A stretch of DNA of 64,000 nt from NCBI RefSeq assembly GCF_006345805.1, contig NC_043001.1, forward strand, positions 22,568,001 through 22,632,000, given 5' to 3'. This stretch comes from Octopus sinensis (taxonomy: Eukaryota). Of this stretch, positions 1 through 12,029 are shown piece after piece. A program made the position numbers and the translations under genes. Under the pieces are notes generated by a model. That model was not told where the DNA came from. It searched no databases and was given only the letters and a program-made list of their open reading frames with translations. Position 1 is the first letter of the stretch; every line of letters starts with the position of its first letter.

Positions 1-408
1 ACCTTCTGCTTACAAAACACTCATCAATCCTATCGGGTTAAGCTGTATTGCTTCATCTATTCATAGCTTTCTAGACTGAGTTTTTTTTTAGAATAGAGTA
101 CCTCGACTAAAGACACAACATAGCACTGGTAATAAGAGATGGACTGAAAATGGAACAAGGTGGTTAGGCACAGCTGTTTGGATGTTAATGATTTGACAGG
201 AATGACTGGACATTTAGCCTGTTTTGGTGTCAGTACCTTTTGGCACGAGTGGCAAACATACAAACACACATGCATGAACACACAGAAATATACACATACA
301 GATAGAGTGAGGGAGAGAGAAAGATATATAACAATTTATTAATTGGACACAACTAACATCTACATTTTCTCTTTCCCCCCACACAAACACACATAGACAC
401 TCACAGAG

Positions 409-445
<37 letters not shown>

Positions 446-655
446 AAAAGAAACATTAAACTGTCTTTATGGAGGGGGAACATTATAATTAAAATGTCTA
501 CCCTCAAATAAGTGGTGCCAAAATGCCTTATACCTAGACTAAAGACCCTTCTACTGGTAAGTCAACACTACTACTGATTTAGACAACAGCAGCCTTTAAT
601 ACCATTAAAAAAAAGAAAGTAAGTTACAAAAGGAATTAAAGTTATGTTAACTCAC

Positions 656-739
656 CTGTCAGGAAAAAGTATAAGAACATGAAATTCAGTGAGAACAATG
701 GAAAGAGGTACGACTTTATTGTTGCTCTCAACAGGGTAA
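656..739 (-). CDS. VPS18: VPS18 coding exon 11 (YPVESNNKVVPLSIVLTEFHVLILFPDR); gene continues beyond position 1
   Basis: PLSIVLTEFH matches human PLAIVLTQFH (Pep3/Vps18 domain); donor GTGAGT. The 5' boundary is uncertain (739 or 724). Confidence 0.9.
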
Positions 740-966
740 TTGAAATGGTTCAGGAAAATAAGTTTTTTTAAAAGCATCATACATGTATTTGTTTTGTAAG
801 ATTCTTGGAAGTAAAATCTTGTATTGAAACTTGGAGATGAATATAAAGTAAAAAAAAAATAAGCAATTACATAGAAGAGGAGATACATGAGAGCCACATT
901 ATCATTGATAAGGTCATGGGCTGTGATGAAAGAGCTTTGATAATTTAGGTAATTAAATGACTAATC

Positions 967-1384
967 GGCGCAGGAGTGGCTGTGTGGTAAGTAGCTTGCT
1001 AACCAACCACATGGTTCCGGGTTCAGTCCTACTGCATGGCATCTTGGGCAAGTGTCTTCTGTTATAGCCCCGGGCCGACCAATGCCTTGTGAGTGGATTT
1101 GGTAGACGGAAACTGAAAGAAGCCTGTCGTATATATGTATATATATATATATACAAGTGTGTGTGTATATGTTTGTGTGTCTGTGTTTGTTCCCTTAGCA
1201 TTGCTTGACAACCGATGCTGGTGTGTTTACGTCCCCGTCACTTAGCGGTTCGGCAAAACAGACCGATAGAATAAGTACTGGGCTTACAAAGAATAAGTCC
1301 CGGTGTCGATTTGCTCGACTAAAGGCGGTGCTCCAGCATGGCCGCAGTCAAATGACTGAAACAAGTAAAAGAGTAAAAGAGAGT
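967..1384 (+). mobile_element. tRNA-derived SINE family 1 (full length, internal TA/TG microsatellite)
   Basis: A-box TGGCTGTGTGGT, B-box GGTTCAGTCC, (gagtaaaa)n tail. Other copies, approximate: 3686-4072 +, 10318-10672 +, 10829-11005 -, 17415-17580 -, 18575-18765 +, 39400-39630 +, 47160-47262 -, 57165-57335 -. Confidence 0.9.
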
Positions 1385-2290
1385 AATCATCTAATTAACT
1401 GGCAATAAAATTGAAGTGAAATACAATCAGTGCATGTGCTTTGTTGACAATATGACCTATGCTTAAGTAACCATATTCTTAAAAAATATTTTTAAAAAAT
1501 ATCAAGACCATCAATTTACAAAAGATTTTAAGTGTTATTCTTTGGTTTGAATAGTTCAAAGTTGGTATAAACAACCATTCTAACACATTAGAAAAAGACT
1601 ACAATATTGTCATGCCAACCACTCTGTGAGTGTAAAAAGCACCCACTACACTCACGGAGTGGTTGGCGTTAGGAAGGGCATCCAGCTGTAGAAAACACTG
1701 CCAGATCAGACTGGAGCCTGGTGCAGCCTTCTGGCTTCCCAGACCCCTGTCGAACCGTCCAACCCATACTAGCATGGAAAACGGACGTTAAACGATGATG
1801 ATGATGATGATGACAATGTGTCAGTAAACATGTGAATCAATGGAGTAATAAGATATCATTACAATGGTATTTTACATGACATTACAGGAATCTTTCTTTC
1901 ATTTTCCATTTATCCTTCTGATATCATCATTTAACATGTGGCTTCCATGCTGGCATAGGTTGGATGGTTTGACAGGAACTGGCAAACCAAAGAACTTCAT
2001 CAGGCTTCACCGTCTGCTTTGGCAAGGATCCCCTTCCTAACTCTCTTTATGGCTGGATCCCCTTCCTAACACCAACCATTTTACAGAGTAGAGTGGGTAC
2101 TGTTTATGTGGCACCATTATCAGCAAGTCTCTTATGCCAGCCATTTTACAGAGTGGATTGGGTGCTTTACACACAGCACTAACATTAGTGAAGTTTGTTT
2201 CAGCATGTTTTTTACAGCTGGATACCCTTCCTAATCCCAGCCACTTATATTCAGAAAATTGGTTATATTTTTCCTTCTCTGGACTTTTCT

Positions 2291-2335
2291 GTTTTCCTTT
2301 CTGATGAAGAGCTATGCTTGAAATGTCAAAAACTC
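2291..2335 (+). ncRNA. Degenerate Penelope-type hammerhead relic
   Basis: CUGAUGA-A-GAGC UAU GCUU-GAAAUGUC; two CpG-type changes away from GCUCGAAACGUC. Confidence 0.5.
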
Positions 2336-2467
2336 TCTCTTTTTACTAAGAGTCAAACAAATACAATCTATATGCACATCCTCTTGTTGTTCTGTTATTG
2401 TTCTTCTTAATGATTGACTATCCGATTTGACTTTATATATATATGGGGATAATTTTTAATGTAAGTG

Positions 2468-2832
2468 CTTTTTACAGTTTTCAGTTTTGTAAATACATAT
2501 TATGAAAAGCACTTACACAAAAACTTCTATCTTTTTTTAAAAGATTATTTTTTCATTTAATTTATTTTTAATTAAAATAGAAAAATCTTATTTCAAATAC
2601 TGTGACTGCATCAAGAAATTTTTCCAAAATCTTTTAATATCATCATCAGCGTTTAATGTCAGCATGGAAAATGGATGTTAGAATTTCTTGATGCAGCCAC
2701 AATATTAGAAATAAGATTTTCTTTTTAATTAAAAATCAATTATATAAAAAATAATCTTTTAAAAAAAAGATGGAAGTTTTTGTGTAAGAGCTTTTCATAA
2801 CATGTATTTGCAAAGCTGAAAACAGCAAAAAG
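2468..2832. repeat. Imperfect inverted repeat with about 150-bp arms
   Basis: Arms about 2468-2620 and 2682-2832; spacer 2621-2681. Confidence 0.9.
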
Positions 2833-3111
2833 TGATTCCATTAAAACTTTCTCCAACAGGTCAATGTTATCTGATTTTCCTTTTTTAAAGATTTTCTTTT
2901 ATATAAGTAATAATTTTTAATTTACAAAATATCTTTTTTCAGGCATCCCTGAACTTAATGTTCAGGCATTTGGTTCAGCTTGACCACTTGTTGTATGTAC
3001 CTGTTATATATGTGTCACTTGACATCTTGTAACCTATTTGAGAAATTTTAAAATAACTATATTTCTAATTCCAATTAGCCTAGCAATGGAGAATTGTATT
3101 TCCTTATATCA

Positions 3112-3658
3112 GGAAATATGCTGTGCTTGAGAAGACCCGGCAAGCCAAGTGAGACCATAACCTCGTGGCCTATGTCATGGATGTAACCAGCCCACTTATG
3201 CGTACCTTTCTTTCATTGGATACTAAACTCTGCTTGCGAAGACCTGTTGAGGCAAGTGAAATCGAAATCAAATACGATGACTGACATCCGTCCTAGTGGA
3301 ATGCTAAGAGCACCATCCGAGCGTGATCGTAGCCAGAGCAGCCAACTGGCTTCCTTGCCGGTGGCACATAAAAAGCACCATTCGAGCGTGATCATTACCA
3401 ACGTCCCCTTACTGGCACGTGAAAAAACATTTGAGCGAGGGCGTTGCCAGTGCTGCTGGACTGGCTCCCGTGCAGGTGGCACGTAAAAGCACCCACTACA
3501 CTCTCAGAGTGGTTGGCATTAGGAAGGGCATCCAGCTGTAGAAACTCTGCCAGATCAAGATTGGAGCCTGGTGCAGCCATCTGGTTCGCCAGTCCTCAGT
3601 CAAATCGTCCAACCCATGCTAGCATGGAAAGCGGACGTTAAATGAGGATGATGATGAT
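3112..3658 (+). mobile_element. RTE LINE 3' end (ORF end, repeat-containing 3' UTR, (GAT)n tail)
   Basis: ggaaatatgctgtgcttgagaagacc ... ggcacgtaaaagcacc units ... ttggcattaggaagggcatccagctgtagaaa ... gttaaatgaggatgatgat. Confidence 0.85.
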
Positions 3659-4135
3659 AATTCACTTTATTACTGTTCATTAAGTAGGTGCAGACATGGC
3701 TGAGTGGTAAGAAGCTTGCTTCCCAACAATATGGTTCCAGGTTCAATCACACTGTGGCACCTTGAACAAGTGTCTTACACTATTAACCTTAGGCCGACCA
3801 AACCCTTGTGAGTGGCTTTGGTAGGCAGAAACTGAAAGAAGCCCATCACATGTATGTGCGTGTCTTTGTGCATGTTTGTCCCCAACTACTGCTTGACAAC
3901 CGGTGTTGGTTTGCTTCCATTCCTGTAACTTATCAATTCAGCAAAAGAGGCTGATAGAATAAATACTAGGCTTAAAAATATAAGAACTGGGGTCGATTTG
4001 TTAGACTAAGCCCTCCAAGGTGATATCCCAGCCTGACCGCAGTCCAATGACTAAAACCAGTAACAAGTAAAAGGTAACTGTTTTATGTTTACAGGTGAAT
4101 AAACCTAACAGAAGAAAGTATACTGAAAAGGATAT

Positions 4136-4217
4136 GGCATAAGTTTAGAGTTGAAAGTAACAGAGTTCGGGCCAGCAGCACCTTGGACATTAATATCACC
4201 ATAGTAGATTCCGGGTC
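4136..4217 (-). CDS. VPS18: VPS18 coding exon 10 (PGIYYGDINVQGAAGPNSVTFNSKLMP)
   Basis: ttttctag acceptor; GIYYG matches human GVLYG. The 3' boundary is placed at a U12-type ATATCCTTTT donor; the alternative weak GT donor would end the exon at 4124. Confidence 0.88.
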
Positions 4218-4799
4218 CTAGAAAATATAAAAAATATGAAAAAAACAGTATAACAGAAAATCTCATTTGCATATATCTATTTTTCATATTCATTAGTACT
4301 TTGGTATTCAAAGCTAAATAATTTTAATTTTCAAATGATTTGAAATTTTTAATTACTCATTTGATTGAATTTACTCTTGAAATTAATTCATACAATTGTT
4401 TAAATCCTAGAATTTATTTAGGATTCAAGAATATGAATTGATCAGATAGTTAAAAAACAAATTAATAATTTTTATGAATCCAAAAATTATTTCGATGACA
4501 AAAGATTCATAATTTTGATGAAAAGAAAAATTACTACTATGAGGTCCGCAAACAGTCGCAGCTATTACAAGGGAGATAATCACTTCATCACAATATGAAG
4601 TGGGATTATAAACTTGAAATTGAAATTAGATATGAAGTAAAAGAATAAAAGAATGAAACCAGTTCAAATAATCTTATCATGTTGTTGAAGAAAGCTGAAT
4701 AGATAAATAAATCACTGTAATGTTAAACAATTTATGATTTAAATTTGCTCCATCTTACATTACAATCCACTTTCTTCTCAATAAGACTATTTATAGTGA

Positions 4800-4802
<3 letters not shown>

Positions 4803-4836
<34 letters not shown>

Positions 4837-5395
4837 CATTGTGTACAGTGCTCAGGTGCACTACAACTCATCTAAAGTGCATATATAATCAGGTGTAGTT
4901 TTGACGGATTTCGGAAAGCATGAGGGCCTTAAAGGATGCAGTGTCATGGCAGTCAACAACTGACGCAGGCAGTTTGTTCCATGCTTCAGCAACTCTGAGC
5001 GTGAAAAAATGTTTCCGAAAGTCATGGGAGCTGTGTTGTTTTCTGACTTTGTAGGCATGTCCACGTGTGTTAGACACATGGAGATCAAAAAGGTGTTCAG
5101 TGTTGTTATTGGTGAGGTGGTTGACAACTTTGTGGGCGTTAACCAAGTCCGTCGCCAGACGCCGGAGCTTCAGTGAATCCATGCCCAGGGAAACAAGGCG
5201 CTCAGAATATGGTAGGTGTCTGATGGAGGGTATGCGTTTGGTTACACGTCTCTGAACCGATTCCAGGAAGTCAATGTTCTGAGCAAGATAGGGGTTCCAA
5301 ACTGATGATGCGAATTCCAAGTGTGGTCGTACCATAGCTGTATACAGTTTTAAATAGATGGCTGGAGAGCGGCTAACAAAAGTCTTAAGTTCGTA
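4803..5395 (-). mobile_element. CR1-clade LINE 3' fragment
   Basis: Open frame LYTAMVRPHLEFASSVWNPY...LESVQRRVTK...TRGHAYK...FFTLRVAEAWNKLP; (ATT)n tail. Confidence 0.93.
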
Positions 5396-6661
5396 TATAT
5401 CCCCATCATCATCATTTAATGTCTGTCTTCCATGCTGGCATGAGTATGGCAGTTTGATAGGAGCTACTGAGTCAGAGGACTGCACCAAGCTCCACTGGCT
5501 ACTTTGGAAAGGTTTTTAAAGCTGGATGCCCTTCCTAATGCCAACCACCTTACAGAGTGGAGTGGGCGCTTTTTACTGTATACAGTAAGTTTGTAATATG
5601 AAATTAGGAGACAGGCATATTGAATATCTGATGATATAGCTGATATGCTCATGTGCTACCCCACCACCAAACAAAAATGCAAAAAAGCCAGGTGGCTATC
5701 AAGACAAAGAAAACACCAGATGATAAGACTACTAACTACATTTATAACATCTGACATATTCAAGCAGACTTGTTTAAAGCCATTCTTACAAAAATTTTGT
5801 AAATAAAAGATGTACAATTTTTGCATAATTAAATAAAGACCTTAGCACTGACAAAAATCAGTTCTATAAAAAAATGTATTAACATTTGTTTCTTCTGGCT
5901 AGGGGTGTAGAGCTAGTATGGATGTAGAAAAATATAGCTGATTTAGTTAATTAGTATATAACTAGGTGGTGACTAGATAAGAGTCATTAGAGCTGTGATT
6001 CGCAATCTTTTTAATATCTGGGCCAGATTCAAAACCAAGATTTTTTTTAGGGGGCTGCACCCCAAAAAAAAGTAAAACACAAAGAAGAATTTATTATATT
6101 TATAAACTGAAGACCATTGGTGGGACCACCAGAAGGATACTTGAGGGCCATATGTGGCCCTGGGATCTGGTTGAGAACTGCTGCATTAGAGTGTCAGGTA
6201 AACTGCCTTGCAGTATTTCATTCTACTGCATGCTGAGTTCAAATCCTGCTCAGTTTAACTGTGCCTTTTATCTTTCCAAGGTCAATAAAGTACTGGTAAC
6301 ATACTGGGATCAGTTCTACTCTCTCTAAGAACCAGCTGTTTTCAGAAAAGGTTCATGAGAGACCAATCACATCGTTTCTTTCTCCAGAAATGAAGAAAGA
6401 TTCAATAAGTGGCAGGCCATTTCTTCCCATAGAAAAACTGGTAAGTTACTGGAACTATTCAAAGATGGACCAATAAGCAGTAAAGCATGGAAGGGAAATA
6501 AAGAAGACACCATATATTGTGTTCACCTGGTGGGATGAGAACTTAGAATGAAGAGGGAGAGATACTCTAAGGTCTGGTGATGTATTGTTTGTCAACTTAC
6601 CAACCACTAAATTTATTAATATTAAAAATATCCAGAAATTAACAATTTTTTTAAAATTTAC

Positions 6662-6760
6662 CTGCCATCAGGGCAAAAGCTTTGCCTCGTGATTTTGAGC
6701 TATTGTTAAATATACGTAGTTCACTTGTACCGAAATTATAAGGGAGTTCCAGGAATTCTT
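6662..6760 (-). CDS. VPS18: VPS18 coding exon 9 (EEFLELPYNFGTSELRIFNNSSKSRGKAFALMAG)
   Basis: Aligns with human FREFPSNLGYSELAFY...AFAWMMG; gttacag acceptor, GTAAAT donor; phases 1/1. Confidence 0.93.
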
Positions 6761-6958
6761 CTGTAACGAGATTGATAAATAAAATACATATATTTATTGC
6801 AAGAAAATCAATTGTTCAAAAATATATACTTCAATAAACCATTAATGACAGAACAAATAAAAATGAAAACCAGAATCCAAGCAACAATAGATTTGAATAA
6901 TCAATAATGAAAATGTTTTAAATATTCCCTTCAGAGAATCATTACCAGATATAATATA

Positions 6959-7489
6959 TGGGAACTGATCAAAAAGTATCAGGACTGTTGCTATGGTAAC
7001 TGAGCTGAAGCATGTAGAATGAAGCTGCTTGGCACAGACTGACTTTGAATTCTGTTGCATGTGCACACAAAGTTATAATGTTCTCACTCACTTCTGTTGT
7101 TTATAGCAGTGCTTGGAAGTAAAGTGTGTAAAATGTGGTTGTCTCAAAAAGACTGGGTTTCAGTCTCCTTGATTGAGTCAAGGAAGACGAAAACGTTTTG
7201 AAAAAAGGTCATAACACGTGATGAATTGTAGGTCTACAGCTACGACCCTCACACCAAAGCTTGAAAGGAATCCCTCTTGAAAGGAACAAGATTTCAAGGG
7301 ATTGAGGAAATCCAAGAGAAAGGAAAGAGGCAGCTGCTCATTATCTCAAAAGAGGAATTCCAGGATGCTTCCATCAATGAAAATGATGTTGGATAATGTG
7401 TATGACTTCAGAAGGAGACCACTCCAAAGGAGATTAAATGCCAAATTGATATTGTTGTAGTTTTCTTCTTATAGCACCAGTTCTGATAC
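6959..7489 (+). mobile_element. Internally deleted mariner-derived element
   Basis: Left TIR tgggaactgatcaaaaagtatcaggactgttgctat; partial right TIR atagcaccagttctgatac (7471-7489); relic KKVITRDEL*VYSYDPHTK. Confidence 0.75.
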
Positions 7490-7981
7490 AGCTCCTGTAA
7501 AACCGTCCCACCCATGCCAGCATGGAAGGTAGATGTTAAACAATGATGATGATGATGATGAAACTTAGGTTTTGCATAAGTAAAAATGTAAGCTATGGTA
7601 TGAAAGTATTTCCTAGCGTTAGCCCAGGGTAATGTGAGAACATGCTTTAAGCATATATCATCATCATCGTTTAACATCCGCTTTCCATGCTAGCATAGGT
7701 TGGACGCTTTGACTGAGGTCTGGCAAACCAGACTCCAATCTGATCTGGCAGAATTTCTACAGCTGGATGCCCTTCCTAACACCAACCACTCCGAGAGTGT
7801 AATGGGTGCTTTTACGTGCCACCAGCATGAGGGCCAGTCAGGTAGTACTGGCAACAACCACACTCAAATGGTGCTTTTTATGTGCCACCTGCACAGGAGC
7901 CAGTCCAGCGGCACTGGCAATGACCTCGCTCGAATGTTTTATATTCTGACTGATTTGATTTTCATTAACTTCAGTGTATTC

Positions 7982-8211
7982 TAACTCTTTATCATTTCAA
8001 CAAGCCATATCTAGCCTGAATCATCTATCTACTTTATGTTTAAACAGGCCAGATCTAGCTTCTCACACTTACCCTACAATGTAATTCTAAAAATAAGCAA
8101 TCACATCGTCCAAATCTCAATGCTAGAACATAATGCATGATTAATTCAAAACAATGTCAATAAATAAGCATTACATTTGATAGAGTAGTAATCTGAATGC
8201 TAAAAGGTTAA
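7982..8211. mobile_element. piggyBac-type MITE family B
   Basis: Ends aatgctaaaaggttaa; homologous in reverse orientation to 39894-40118; partial copy near 47030-47160. Confidence 0.65.
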
Positions 8212-8388
8212 GTATTGCATTCTTGTGGAACTGTTTTAAGCTAAAAATACATACACTCTTGTACCATGAAAAGTAAAATATTCAAATATATTACCAGGGT
8301 ACGTTGCACAGTCTTTGAGAAAAAGTAAAAAAAAAAAATATACATATAAAATGATGGCAAAACAAATTTTGATGGTAAAATACTTTAC

Positions 8389-8477
8389 CTGGGGTATCAA
8401 GGTAAGTTTGAAATAACTGTTGGAATATAGGAGCTTCAGCTGAAGTGGAAACTGTTCCAATAAATTGATAAAGACGA
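8389..8477 (-). CDS. VPS18: VPS18 coding exon 8 (RLYQFIGTVSTSAEAPIFQQLFQTYLDTP)
   Basis: RLYQFIG matches human RLFQFIG; tttttag acceptor, GTAAAG donor; phases 2/1. Confidence 0.95.
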
Positions 8478-8932
8478 CTAAAAAAAAACAAAAACAAAAA
8501 AAAACATATTTTTAAAAAATGGAAAAGAAAATACAAAGAAAGACATTTAGAATACTAATTCTTGCTTTAAGTGAAAATGTTGCCTTCAGTTTTCTCTTTG
8601 CTTATAACCCAAAGTATTATGTATTCCAAATATGTTTAAGTAACATAAGTTATTCTTAATACTACTGAGCCATGATGATAACAATTCAAGGATTAGTTAA
8701 TTCAAAAGAACCATAATAATAGTTACTGAAGGAAGAACCATTTATTGAACTTCAACAAAACGAACTTCATTTTCTCCTATAACTTTAAGTAAGAATATTA
8801 CTCATTTATTATGAATGTGTAAGTGATACAACACAAACAGTTGAATATAAAAATTAAATATATCCCAGTGATTCATTTCTGTCTTGAGCTTATAATCTTA
8901 CCAGAATATATCTTCATAAGATTTGGTCTTAC

Positions 8933-9042
8933 CTAGGAGTTGTAACAAGAACATAGTACTTGCAATCTGTAGTACGTGATGGCATTCGATCAAATTCTAT
9001 GCCAGTGATTGGTTGTACCTTTTCTTTCCCAGCAGTAAACAA
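8933..9042 (-). CDS. VPS18: VPS18 coding exon 7 (LFTAGKEKVQPITGIEFDRMPSRTTDCKYYVLVTTPS)
   Basis: catttcag acceptor, GTAAGA donor; phases 0/2; ends just before the conserved RLxQFIG. Confidence 0.92.
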
Positions 9043-9609
9043 CTGAAATGAAGAACAGTTACAATGATAATGATTATTCATTAAAGATATTCAATAACAA
9101 TATTTCTATATATTAGTTCCGAAGGTCCAGAAATTCAATACCATCTTTTGAGTAAGTAAACTTTATTTGCTTGTTATTTTATATTGCTCCCTTTACTCTG
9201 GAACTGAATAACTTTCATACCTTAGGATAATGTAGTCGACAAATAAAACTAAACAGTAAGTCATTCCAGCCTTAACCATCCTGCCTCTTTGTATATCCAG
9301 GACTATATTATTGAATGTACCTATCCACCATTTTTTGATAGTAGAGTTGATAGGAAGAAAATTTGGTTGCTATTTCTAGCAGGTAGAGTAACTGTAAAAA
9401 GACTTCCCTTGTTAGTGCAGCAGTAAGGTGGGTAATTACACCTATTCAATAGTTTTGAACACTATAAAAGGTGTCCAAGCAAAATTTAAAAAAAGAACAT
9501 GTTAATTTGTTTTTTTTAGCATCTAAGAAGAGTGCTGACCCCTCCCTACTCCAAAGAGAAGAATCTGGCTGCAGAACTCTTAACTAAAAAACTTGACATA
9601 TTCTTTTAA

Positions 9610-10810
9610 AAACATGGGTGTTAAACTTCAGTAGGGGTACATATTGTCACCTCTCCTTTTCATAATTTTTATGAACTGGATTGACATGCACAGCTGTTGT
9701 GTAAGTTGTACTACATGGGTGTAGGATTGGTCAGCTGATATTTACTAACATAGAGAGACTTAACTCATTGGAAGGTAATCTTCAGCATGTATTGAATAGG
9801 TTCATTGCTAAGTGCTGCAAGGCAGGGATGAGAAATGATGTTGCAAAGACTGGGATATTGGTCCTCTCAAAAAAGTCTTTGCAGTGCACTCTACATGTTA
9901 GTGAAACATCACAGAGACAAGTAGAGTGGTTTAAGTATCTTGGGACCATATTCATGAGAGATGGGAAGCAGGAGGCTGAATCAGTTGCAAGAATTGCAGG
10001 TGCTGGCACATTAACCCTTTTGTTACCAACCCGGCTGAAACCGGCTCTGACTCTGAATACAATTGTCTTTTTTTCATAAGTTTTGAATTAAATTCTTCCA
10101 CCAAACCTTAGTCACAATTTATGTTCCTTACACTAACTTAATGATAACTAAGTTATCTTACTAAATTCGTTGTTATATTTAAAGTAATTGAAAGAAACCC
10201 AGAGCATCTCAAAATAAATACAGTAACGAAAGGGTTAATGCACCAGCTTCAGCATTCAATCCTCAGAAAAGAAGTGGTTGGTTAAGCCAAATTTACTATC
10301 TTCAATTCGGTTTTCATATGTGGCACCTTGGGCAAGTGTCTTCTACTATAGCCTTGAGCCGACCAAAGCTTTATGAGTGGATTTGGTAGACAGAAACTGG
10401 AAGAAGCCTGTTGTATATTTATATATATATATATGTATGTGTGTCTGTGTATATGCTTGTGTGTCGGTTTGCCCCCCCCCCCAGCATTGCTTGACAACCG
10501 ATGCTGGTGTGTTTACATCCCCTGTAACTTAGTGGTTCAGCAAAAGAGACCAATAGACTAAGTACTAGGCTTACAAAGAATAAGCTCTGGGGTCGATTTG
10601 CTCGACTATAAAGACGGTACTGCAGCATGGCCACAGTCAAATGACTGAAACAAGTAAAAGAGTAAAAGAGAGTACATGGTCATGAACATTGGGTAATGAC
10701 CAAAAGAGTACAATCGCAAATACAAGCTGCCCCTGAGAAATCTCTGGAGTAACATTATTTAACGAGATGTGTAGCTTGGAGGTCAGAGAATCTCTCCAGA
10801 TTGCATTTCT
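9610..10810 (+). mobile_element. Old Expander/Rex3-like RTE LINE fragment interrupted by a MITE and a SINE
   Basis: Relics LSPLLFIIFMNWID, QVEWFKYLGTIF (9610-10008) and YGHEHWVMTKRVQSQIQAA (10675-10810). Confidence 0.75.
10015..10234. mobile_element. piggyBac-type MITE family A, copy 1
   Basis: TTAA target duplication; TIR CCCTTT(T/C)GTTAC...GTAACGAAAGGG; 220 bp; homologous to 16321-16542. Confidence 0.85.
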
Positions 10811-11506
10811 CTCTTTTAGGAGGCACAAGCACTTACACATGTACACACACAACAGTAACTTCCACCTACCAAATTCAATCACAAGGCTTCGGTTGGACTG
10901 AGGCTATAGCAGAAGACACTTGCCCAAAGTGCCACGCAGTGGGAGTGAACTTGAAACCATTTGGCTAAGAAGCAAGCTTCCTAACCACATAGCCATGCTT
11001 GTGCCTACTGTGTCTCCTTATTGAGAAGTCGCAGTTCCAGTACTTTGGATATGTAGTTACAATGTTGCAGGAAAGGATTGTAAAACAGATTTTGCCAAGC
11101 TGAGCCAACTGGCAGTAGAACTAGGGTTAGACCAAGAACACGATGGTTGGATTAACATCTATAGTCTCACTTGGTCATACTTGGGAATCCAGCAGAAAAG
11201 TGTGATACTGGTTGCTTCTGATAGTACCCTATGAAAGCACCCCCATAGCCCTCCCAGGAATAGTAAGCGACAAAAATGGAAGGATGGATAAAAATAAAGA
11301 TGAGTCGAGGACTCATATTCCTTTGATTATTTTTGATAAAATTATAGCATTTTGGAATTTGAAATAATTAGAAAACAAAACTGGAAGCAACAACTGTGAT
11401 TCAAATTTTCACATACAATCTTTATCATATTAAAAATTGTTATACTATATAAGAGCAGTTTAAACACCAATAATAAAATAACATAGACATAATCAAATCA
11501 ACAGAC

Positions 11507-11586
11507 CTTGGAAACATAGCGATCCACTGTTCGACCAAATATCCGACTGTCATCTCCTCGAGTTAGTTCAGTTTCATAGATCAGTC
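11507..11586 (-). CDS. VPS18: VPS18 coding exon 6 (LIYETELTRGDDSRIFGRTVDRYVSK)
   Basis: cttctcag acceptor, GTCTGT donor; phases 1/0; aligns with human HIFEAELSASEGGLFG. Confidence 0.92.
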
Positions 11587-12029
11587 CTGAGAAGCAAACA
11601 GAAGAAATATGTAGCGTATGAAATTTGTTAAGAGAATATCATTCATTTAAAACCTTACATATTTTAAAAACTTATTTTTTCACTCCAATAAAGAAAACAT
11701 CACATCACAGATTTTCTTTGCACCAAATCTTTAATCCGCCAACTGTGCTGATTAAATTTTTACTGGTGATGTAAAACACTTAACATATGCAAATCAGTTC
11801 TTAAAATCTCTTTCTGTTGGCTATTAAGAATAAAATACAGTAATCCCTCGAATATCACGGGTGTTATGTTCCAAAACCCTTCATGATAGGTGAAAATCCG
11901 TGAAGTAGAAACAGTACTGTAGATTTTTTATTATTTTTATAATTTGTATATATTTATTTTATTATAAATGCAAAACAACCAAACAGGGGAATTGATGTGA
12001 GCTTAAATAATAAACCACGGTGCAAACAT

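Larger units (their letters stand above)
740..4135 (-). other. Probable U12-type (minor spliceosome) intron of VPS18 with AT start
   Basis: 5' end ATATCCTTTT at 4135-4126; branch-site-like TTTTCCTGAAC at 758-748; no good pyrimidine-AG acceptor nearby. Confidence 0.75.

Noticed and set aside
57-650. Next VPS18 exon (expected RVxAxCxL...) in the leftmost 650 bp
   Set aside because: Candidate acceptors at about 75 and 145 give stops or no similarity; the exon probably lies outside the window.
967-1050. tRNA genes at SINE heads (also 21500, 26437, 58438)
   Set aside because: They have A/B boxes but no complete cloverleaf, and each continues into a repeated SINE body.
4124-4135. Conventional GT-AG model for the exon 10-11 intron
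   Set aside because: In frame, but needs the weak donor GTATAC and a GAGAG acceptor with no pyrimidine tract, while both U12 signals are present. Kept only as the alternative hypothesis.
6389-6441. Plus-strand exon-like segment (ttctttctccag|...ACTG|gtaagt) antisense within a VPS18 intron
   Set aside because: It is isolated, has no recognisable peptide and no partner exons; such signals arise by chance in AT-rich DNA.
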